Source: Wallemia ichthyophaga EXF-994 (lineage: Eukaryota; Fungi; Basidiomycota). From it: DNA of 32,000 bases. Of the stretch, positions 23,921 through 32,000 are shown one piece after another. The notes under the pieces were generated by a model. It ran no database searches, was not told the origin of the DNA, and saw only the letters and a list, made by a program, of their open reading frames with translations. The stretch spans positions 83,865 to 115,864 of the forward strand of contig NW_008806286.1 of the NCBI RefSeq assembly GCF_000400465.1, read 5' to 3'. A program made the translations under genes and the position numbers. How positions within the stretch are numbered: position 1 is the stretch's first letter; the number at the start of each line of letters is the position of its first letter.

Positions 23921-23926
23921 ACGCGT
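23921..23926. promoter_or_regulatory. MCB element (ACGCGT) upstream of POL3
   Basis: Perfect MluI cell-cycle box 21 bp upstream of the predicted POL3 ATG. Fungal POL3 genes are classic MBF targets. Confidence 0.55.
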
Positions 23927-23972
23927 ATTCAGCTTCAATCAAAATGCAAATATAAAATATTTTCAAACAATT

Positions 23973-26900
23973 TCAAATATGCATAAACAGCGGCGTCCTC
24001 TTAAAGTTGTTCCGCGAATTCCCGACCTCTTCCAAGTTGGGGTAGTACGGCACCAGGGCGTCCTGCGCACCGACGTAGAGCGTGTTATAAATCCGCCAGT
24101 ACGGTTCACGCACACGCCTTGCTGGATGGAAGAGGCCTTGTAGCGAGTAGTAGAGCAACAGACCTGGTCCAAGACCGACTCTCATCGCCTCGATCGCATC
24201 CATCACTGATCCAATAACATGCGGAGACACCTCGTATATGTTTGGCCATACCAGATTGAGCATGTGTAGCAATGCATCCTCTTTCCCGAATCCTGCAACT
24301 CCCAGTGTAAGATGCTTGATGATTGCCGCTGATGTTTGTCGATGGACGTGGTCTCTATCTGTGATGGAGTCCTCTACACATCCTACAAGAGCATATACGT
24401 AATCCTTGGCAAGCTCTCCAATATACTCGCATACCCACGCGAGCGCCTTGAGACATCCATTGCGCACGTTCAAGTCTGGTGTTCTGTACTCGTTCAAGAT
24501 GGCAGGTATGCAGGTGAATGGTCCACATGTTTCTGCAACAATGGCAATAGCAACTGTCGAGCACACACGCGATTGACGCTCTTGTACTCTCAAGTTGGTC
24601 AACAATACTGATAAAACATCCTGTGGTCCGATAGCTTTGGCGATATAACCGAATGAATTAACAGCCGCTCTTCTGATAGCCTTCTTGTTCGCCTTGAGTA
24701 GGTCGAGCAACTCGAAACAGATTCTCATCCATTCTCTTGCAGGAACATACTCAGATCCTCTATCAGCAATACGACCAATCAAATTTATAGTTGCCTCCTG
24801 AACTTTCTCGTGTCTGTTTCGAAGAATAGGAGTCATACGAGGAACTGTAAACATTGTTAGTGATAAAGCTGATGGTAATAGTATCGATTTGCTACTCACG
24901 CAGATCTCTAACAGGTGGCTGCATCTCATTCATACCAACAACATTAGCAATAGCAGCTTCTGCAGCTATGAAACTACCCAATGTATCAGGATACTCCTCG
25001 CCAAGACCTTCAAACAGAACGACACCTAACTTGTGCAAGTACTGCTCCTCGTTGCACATCTTTATAACGACAGCAAGACGAGCGGTAAGATCAGCAGCCT
25101 GCATACGAACTTTGGCACCTTTGTTATTTAATCTCCAGAGAATAGTGGAGATAATTTGTAATAAATAAGGTTGAACGCGAGTACCTAGTGCACTGACAAT
25201 GGTACCAAAACCATCAAGCATAACGGCATCTTCAAGTGTCTGTTCTTGGAATGAATATATCATACCATCAATCAATTGAATCTCTAATCGCTCGTCGATA
25301 TCAGCAGCACCAAGATTTTCGACAACTTTCGTTATTGTTTCCATAACCATTTTACGCATAGGCTCAGATTCATCTTTGAGGCTATTCACGATTCTCCCAA
25401 CTATTTCCATAACACCACACTTATTGGCGAGCTCAACGGTAGTTTCGACGACCTGACGATAATTTCTCCTATCAAGTGCCATCCTCCTAACCCAGAAATT
25501 TCTGAAAAAGTCTGGTAAAACTTCTTCTTTCAAGTAGCCAGGTTCAACACCATCAGTAGCAGCGCATTGCTTGACGACTTTTAACACAATCTTTTTCATT
25601 TCCTCATCTGAGGATTGGAATTCACGAATTAAAATAACCATAACTTCCTTTGTATAGTAGCTAGCATACTCAGCATCCATAAGCGGGATAATGAAACCGA
25701 TAGCTTTGAGGAAAGCAGCGAGAGCTTTACCGCGATGCTTACGAATACCCAGCCAAAGGGGTTTGAGAACAGCATCGAAACTTTCAATACCATATGGAGT
25801 AGCAGCTTCCGCGAGAGCCGCAATAGCCAAAGCACCCATCGTTCGTACTTTTTGTTGTTCATCTTCGAGACTGTGTGCGATTGCGCTGACAAGATGACGA
25901 AGATGTGGGAGAATAGCGCAACCCATCATGATTGCAATTTGTTGTACAATTCTAATACCAGTATGACGAGCTTGCCATGACTTTTTAGAACGACAAACAG
26001 CCTTTAAGAAGGGAAGCAAGGCAGGTATACCCAAAGCAGAAGCGACGACAGAGAAGGCTCTTGCAGTGGTGTTACGGACGTATTCATCCATGTGGTCAAT
26101 ATCAGGTCTCATAGTGGAAATCATGTGGGCTAAACCAGCAGCTTTTGCGAGATTGGAGATGATTTCACGACCTTCGACTCGAGCAAAGTAATCTTCATCG
26201 ATAAGGAGTGGTTCGATGACGACAAGAATTTTGTGCACGTATGGCCTGACAAGATCATCTAGTTTGTAGAGAACTCTATCGATGACTTTGACGAGTAAAT
26301 GACGTTCTTGATCTTCTAAAGTACGTTCCATGAGAAGAGGAAGGATTCTATCAAAGAGAGGACCCGCGCCGAGTTCCCTAGCCTTCTCTGTAATTTGACG
26401 CAAGGCGGATTTACGTACTTGGGGGGTACCGTTCTTGATCTTGAGAAGTAAGCGCATAATCTTTCTGTCCTTTAGCTCTTCCATGGACAGACCAGGTTCA
26501 ACGTCTTCACCTTGTAACACTTTACCGAAATATTGAGCGTCTTCGGGTTTGAGGTAGGCAAGAGAGCCAATGCCTTCAATCTCGGTTGGAAGGTCACCAG
26601 TGGAGATACCAAGGGCATCTGCGGATATACCTTTATCAGCGATATTAAAGCCAGTGTCGATAGGCATAGCGGACATCATTTTGTGGGCGGAAGAACGAAG
26701 AGGCTGGTAACCTTCAGGGACAGGTACGATTATGAAACCGTCTGATGGGAGGAGGATATTAAGTTCTTCATCAGACATGTAGCGATTGCGTGAGTTTGCA
26801 GCTTGATTGGAGAATGTGTCTAATCCTTGAGGTACAGCGGGTAAACCCATGAGTGCAGGTGGAAGCATAGCAGCGACGTCAGCGACAGTTTTGTCGTGTT

Positions 26901-27535
26901 CAGGAGCGGTGGAGGGAGTTTGATCCCATCTAGAGCGACGTTGTTTTTGAGGAGGAGGGGAGGTGGACTGGGTTGTAGACTGAGTAGGTGCTTCATCCCA
27001 CCTAGAGGAACGTTTCTTTGGAATTTCTTCGGATTTGATTGGGTTAACATGGTCAGAAGATTGAGAAGAATCAGGTGCAACATCCCAACGTCTCTTACGT
27101 TGGCGGGGTCTTTCATCGGAAAGTAAATTGGATTGAAATGAATCACGTGGGGGTGTTTTATCGGGATTGAAAGGCTGAGAATCCTGAGAATCCTTCAAAT
27201 CACTTGATTCCTCCTGCTGCTGTTTACGATCTTGAAGAATTTTACGAACTCTAGCTTCCTCCTTATCAAGTTCGTTTTGACGCATTCTATCAGCGTAAGA
27301 GGGACCATCACCGGTAACAAGATCACCATCCCCCCTATTAAATCTTCTATTATGATAATCTGATTGCCTGTGTGAGATTTGCCTGGATTGAATAGTCTCT
27401 GCGAATGGATCAACATCCTCATCCTCAATTTCCTTGTTAAATTCATCGATTATATCCTTTGGGGCTGTGTCTATCGATGTCTTAATATTTATTTCTTTTA
27501 TTTTCCCAATTCATTAACTCACATTCGGTGGACAT
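23973..27535 (-). CDS. HSH155: U2 snRNP splicing factor SF3B1 (Hsh155/Prp10)
   Basis: N-terminal RWD ULM motifs ([19 protein letters not shown]), [11 protein letters not shown], and HEAT repeats ([14 protein letters not shown]..., [49 protein letters not shown]). Introns at 27522-27471 and 24899-24845. Confidence 0.96.
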
Positions 27536-27556
27536 GATGGAGGTTTCTGATAAACC

Positions 27557-28324
27557 ATGACTATGTCGGGGAATACGGGTAATACGGGTAATACACGCAA
27601 TATTTGCAATCTACCAACGACAACACATAGTAAATCCATTAGCCCTGCCAAATTGGAATTGTTATCTGCACTTGAAAACCACCAAACGTTGGGTACGCGG
27701 CAGCGCGATTACAGTCAACACGACGAATGCACAAATCAGCGACCAAATAAACGCTGTAGAACTATCACTGAGAGATTAGGTGAAGCTGTTTACAATACCG
27801 CCGTCGTCGCTGGTGGTATTGGTGTTGCTGCTTATCGATTTATGAAGGGTGATGATAACCAGGAGCAGTTATCTACCCACACCTTCTCCCCTGATCAAAG
27901 AATACCAGGTTCCTTCAATTTCAAAGATTCTGAAGAAGATTACGTTGATTTACCCGAAACATCCACCACACCTACAAGAACTCCAAGGAAACAAAAACAA
28001 TTCAAAGTTCAATCTAAACGCTCTATATACTCCCCTAAACATTCCCAACATTCTCATAAACTTAAAGATTCCAATAAGTCTAGATATCATCACAAACACC
28101 AACAATCAAACGAAAGATTAGATAACATGTCTGCTCAACTCTCTGCCATGATTTCAGATGGCCAGAAAGCTCTCACTCAACCTGCTATCGTTGATGAGGT
28201 TTTTGATGATGATGTCTCTGAAAATTTTCATATACCATCTTCTTCTTTCACTTTCACACAATCTATACCCGAGTCTCATTCTGATTATTCTATCGGCGAT
28301 GGTCTACGAACTGCTGCGTCGTGA
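27557..28324 (+). CDS. Hypothetical protein (255 aa), mostly disordered, with one short hydrophobic segment
   Basis: Open ATG-started ORF. TAVVAGGIGVAAYRF is a possible membrane-associated helix, and ERLDNMSAQLSAMISDGQKAL is a possible coiled coil. No family recognised. Confidence 0.6.
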   Translation: MTMSGNTGNTGNTRNICNLPTTTHSKSISPAKLELLSALENHQTLGTRQRDYSQHDECTNQRPNKRCRTITERLGEAVYNTAVVAGGIGVAAYRFMKGDDNQEQLSTHTFSPDQRIPGSFNFKDSEEDYVDLPETSTTPTRTPRKQKQFKVQSKRSIYSPKHSQHSHKLKDSNKSRYHHKHQQSNERLDNMSAQLSAMISDGQKALTQPAIVDEVFDDDVSENFHIPSSSFTFTQSIPESHSDYSIGDGLRTAAS

Positions 28325-28534
28325 TATTCCAAGTAGATTTCATATTCCAAATAAGATGGCTAGTACAAGGCAATACATGTGCGAAACATTTATAAGTTAT
28401 TCAAGTTGAGTTGAGTGAGTTGAGTGACGCATTTGTGTCAATATCCGTAAACTTAGTAGACTTATCGATTGTGATAGTGGAAATGGTGTTAGCCGGGGTA
28501 TAATATCAGTAATCAGAATAACCAAATCCACATC

Positions 28535-29627
28535 CTAGATTGAATTCTTATACCCCAGACCAACACCAACACCAAAATCGTCATACTTGCCCGTAGTGAA
28601 ACCCAAACCTAATCCATAGATGGGAGCTTCACTGAATTGGAAAGAGTTGAGTGAGCTTGTTTTGGACATTGGTGGTGGTGAGCTCAAGTTGCTATCGACT
28701 GATGTGGATAGTGAGGGTGTTGACCCTGCTCTTTGTCTCTCGCCGATCCTCGACAGGAGAGAAGGAGTGTAGTGATCCGTTTGAGCGTTCTTGCAAGGTG
28801 AATGAGATTTATATGACTCGCATGACCTGAATTGCTCATTTGAGTCTGGTGAAATTGAAGTATTTGGTGTAAGTGTCAAGCTGTGTAAACTGGGTGTGTG
28901 AGAGTGTGAATAACTCTGTGTGTATGACTGCCTTGGTGATGCTGTGGATGTTGTTGATTCTGCAGATGCTGTCTGTGGGCTCTCCTCGTCTGACGTGGAC
29001 ATATGAGTCGACATGGGAATAGAAAGGGGCATTGGTGGAATAGCACCCTGAGCATGAGGGAAAGTGGAGTGAATAAAGCAACACCTCTTTCCATAAGGAC
29101 AAGCTCCAGAATGCCAGTAAGTAGCGCATAATTGAGTTTTGAACTGTTAAAAACGGGGTTAGCGGGAATTTTAAACAAATAAATCAGCTCAAACTAACCT
29201 TTGGATGCCTAGGAACTTGTCTCAATTCATCTTGACCATGTGCAAATTGGCACTTTGAGCCGTATCTGCACGTGCCCTTCTCTTCCCAGGATCTGCAAAG
29301 TTCAGTCTTGTATAGACCAAGCTTGCGGTTGTTCATGGAAGGGCCATTGGATGAATCCTCTGTGGATTGAACAGGTTGCTGCGTAGGCTGGCTCAATTGA
29401 CGATTAAGAAGAAGCTGATTCGAGTGAATCTGGTGCTGATGAGCTTGTATCAAAGCAAGCTGAGAAACGAGCTGATCACTATCATTATGGCTGTCCTCTA
29501 TTTCATTGTAAAATATGTCTGGATGTGCATGGTGGAATTCTGGGGGTGAATGGAGCTGATTGTTATATTCACTGAGTGGTGAGAATAGCGTATCTGATGG
29601 TGCTCCCTTGATATTCAATATTTCCAT
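28535..29627 (-). CDS. Tandem CCCH zinc-finger ARE-binding protein (TIS11/Cth1/Zfs1 family)
   Basis: [25 protein letters not shown], an 18-residue linker, then [25 protein letters not shown] after intron 29198-29144. Both fingers are C-x8-C-x5-C-x3-H. Confidence 0.9.
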
Positions 29628-30172
29628 TTCCTTTGTCTTGTTCGATTGTTATTGTTTGATTCTAACCTGTTGATCACGGGTCGTGGTATATATTCTTGGT
29701 AATTTTCACACAATTTAGTAACTCTAATATATCAAATAAGATTCTAGCAATTTCATCAACCTCTTCACTCCCTAGATTCCTTTCTTTTTCAAATACGGTC
29801 AAAACTTTCACTGTTCCTGGATTACTTTATTAATTTATACCTAGAATTTGATGAAAATATTTCATGAGCTTGATCTTTATAGCCTTATATAGTTCACCTG
29901 CACACACCTTCATCACTCTATATAATCACTTAATCACACTCCACGTCCAGACTCCATCATCACAACTTTATCGCAAATACCTTGCATCCCGCATAAATTG
30001 AATCCACTTGACCAATTCTATCCGCACACTGCGTCATTTCCCTTTTTATATTTTTATTTCCAATTTCAAGGGCCCTGTCAGTGCATACCTTAGATGTAAG
30101 CGTGTCTCTGATGCCGGTGTCTGTCCAGTGCCGGGGAGATAATAAAAATACATTTTATTTCCTTAATTACAC

Positions 30173-32000
30173 CTAATCCACTCCATGTGCCCGCTTTGTC
30201 CATTTCCCAATCAGTGTGTCCAAATCCGCGAGTACAAATTTACAAACTGAGTTAGCGAGGCACTCAGAAGCATGACGGAGGCATTTAGCAACCGAAGATC
30301 TAATTTCGGGTGTGGAATCAGTATACAGCCCGAGTTCGTCGTTGCGGAGGTAACCCCAATGTACATCGAGGACCTGTGCGGTAACGAAGACTTTATTGAG
30401 GAGGTCAACATAGGCATATAGCCATCCCTCCTCCGATTTACGTCCGCTGCCGCCCGCTTTGGATTTACCTAGCGAGCGCGACAGCTTGCTCGTCCACGTG
30501 TACGACTTGCCTGCTGGTGCCGTTGGTGAGAGGTTGTGCGCGGGTTGCAGGTCTAGTTTCTTCGCAAGCTGTACGCTCACATCGTCCAGTAGTCGGTTCA
30601 ACTCACTCAGCGCGCTTAGGAACACCTCGTCCTCTACCTGCGCACTCACGAATCGCTTGCCTGTACTATATACATCGTGTAGACCGTCGAGCACCGTCTC
30701 GAGTGACTTTACTTTCACTTCTATGTGATGCAGTTTCACTACATTGCGACTGTCCAGCCAGATCTGAGGCGAGACGTACAGGCGTGGCGATATGTACGCT
30801 CCTTCCCGGATCGACTTAGCGAGGAGCTTCATAAGTTGGAATGGCCGCCGCGTCGGGTCTATGTGGTAGCACTCGAAACTTGGTTTGCCGCGAGACGGCG
30901 GGTCTGGTATGATGGGCTCTGATGTGGGGTATAGGTTGTTGGAGAGTGTTTTGAGTAGCGGGAGACTGTTGATCGCCGGAGGCTGTGGGTGGGATGGGAT
31001 TGCAATTGCACTCGCTGAAGTCGCCGCGGATGGTTTTCTGTCTGGTTGAGAAACAGCTCTCAGTCGTGGTGCAGTGTTAGATGTAGGAGTTGCAGTGTTA
31101 GCAGTGTTAGCAATGTTAGCAATGTTAGCGCCATTTAAACCACCAAGGTCCAATTTGAACGCCTTGCGCGTCTCAGTCTCGAACGCCTCAGTGTCATTAC
31201 CCCTGCCAGCTTGCTGTCTGCGCTGAATGAGGCTGCCCTCCCCCACAGAGGGGTTTATGATAGGCACCATCTGTTTCTCGCTGAGAGAAGCCATTGAAGA
31301 TATCCGCGTCGGCAGTTTGTACGACGAGTTGGTCGACGACGACCTCGATCTGTTCATTGGCGGTCTTTGAGGTGATTCGGTGAGTGTTTGGTTGGAATCT
31401 GATTTGTGTGGGTGTGGGTTTGTGTGGTGTACTGGATAACCCGGATAACCCGGATACGCACGCTGATCACCTCCGTCACCTGCACCACCCGCATCCAGCG
31501 GTGAGCCAGGCTGAATAGAGATGGAGGGCGTGGTAGCATGGCTCGCCTTGCGTGACTGTGGCTGTGGCTGCTGGTGGTAGGTTGTGGAGAGACACGACGA
31601 GGCTGTGGAATTAGACAGTGGTTGCTGTGGGGAGGCTGAGTGCTGTGAGGCATCCAAATCGCGTGTATTACGCCCATCAATGGCGTCATGAGTGGTATCA
31701 GTGGTATCTGCGTTGTCTACGTTGTCTGCGCCGTTTACGGCATTGCCCCTAGTATCTAACAAGACCTCTAGCAGCCTTATCCTGTCTTTGTAAGTCTCGT
31801 GGATAATTTTCAGTCTGCGCGCCTCCTCTAGTCGCCTATGCGTTGGATTGTGCTGCTCGAACTCTGATTTGTTCTCAGAATCGACACGATGCATGACACA
31901 CTCAAGCAAAGCCATTGCCTGCTTATAGGCGGATAGGGCGTTGTAGAAATCGTTGTCCTTGTCCAAATTCACAGCTGTGTTCGCTAGGCTGAGCGCGTTA
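30173..32000 (-). CDS. MIT-domain protein, 5'-truncated by the window edge
   Basis: The frame stays open to the window end: NALSLANTAVNLDKDNDFYNALSAYKQAMALL...EARRLKIIHETYKDRIRLL is an MIT three-helix pattern. A conserved-looking C-terminal block follows: RRPFQLMKLLAKSIREGAYISPRLYVSPQIW. Confidence 0.7.
   Translation of the reverse strand, partial: NALSLANTAVNLDKDNDFYNALSAYKQAMALLECVMHRVDSENKSEFEQHNPTHRRLEEARRLKIIHETYKDRIRLLEVLLDTRGNAVNGADNVDNADTTDTTHDAIDGRNTRDLDASQHSASPQQPLSNSTASSCLSTTYHQQPQPQSRKASHATTPSISIQPGSPLDAGGAGDGGDQRAYPGYPGYPVHHTNPHPHKSDSNQTLTESPQRPPMNRSRSSSTNSSYKLPTRISSMASLSEKQMVPIINPSVGEGSLIQRRQQAGRGNDTEAFETETRKAFKLDLGGLNGANIANIANTANTATPTSNTAPRLRAVSQPDRKPSAATSASAIAIPSHPQPPAINSLPLLKTLSNNLYPTSEPIIPDPPSRGKPSFECYHIDPTRRPFQLMKLLAKSIREGAYISPRLYVSPQIWLDSRNVVKLHHIEVKVKSLETVLDGLHDVYSTGKRFVSAQVEDEVFLSALSELNRLLDDVSVQLAKKLDLQPAHNLSPTAPAGKSYTWTSKLSRSLGKSKAGGSGRKSEEGWLYAYVDLLNKVFVTAQVLDVHWGYLRNDELGLYTDSTPEIRSSVAKCLRHASECLANSVCKFVLADLDTLIGKWTKRAHGVD

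Overview
Eukaryotic, fungal DNA from an extremely compact, intron-rich basidiomycete-type genome. The 37-67 nt introns, gene gaps often under 110 bp and protein style suggest Wallemia, but that taxon call is inference. I reconstructed 17 protein-coding loci by hand-splicing the ORF fragments, in order: the 3' end of a Pumilio/PUF protein; a GCR1_C (Hot1/Msn1/Gcr1-type) DNA-binding protein; a divergent histone H4-H3 pair; a small secreted Cys-rich protein in a gene-poor island; complex I subunit NDUFA7/NUZM; RNA Pol III largest subunit; PRA1/Yip3; an Ert1/AcuK-type Zn2Cys6 factor head-to-head with a Crz1-type C2H2 factor; a putative RA-PH protein; a Gin4/Hsl1/Cdr2-type kinase; DNA polymerase delta; SF3B1; a hypothetical protein; a TIS11-type tandem CCCH protein; and a partial MIT-domain protein. 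I found no tRNA, rRNA, CRISPR array or intact mobile element. This is mostly a housekeeping neighbourhood, and I cannot support a multi-gene novel system. The most unusual signals are regulatory or structural: two divergent gene pairs with start codons only 19 and 21 bp apart, an H3/H4 pair with substitutions at normally invariant residues, an 11-bp stem in which an exonic U1-like sequence pairs with its own 5' splice site, SF3B1 with Arg at the human K666 hotspot alongside frequent AAG acceptors, and a kinase with an altered Gly-loop and no room for a KA1 domain. All exon/intron coordinates were derived manually and need RNA-seq confirmation.
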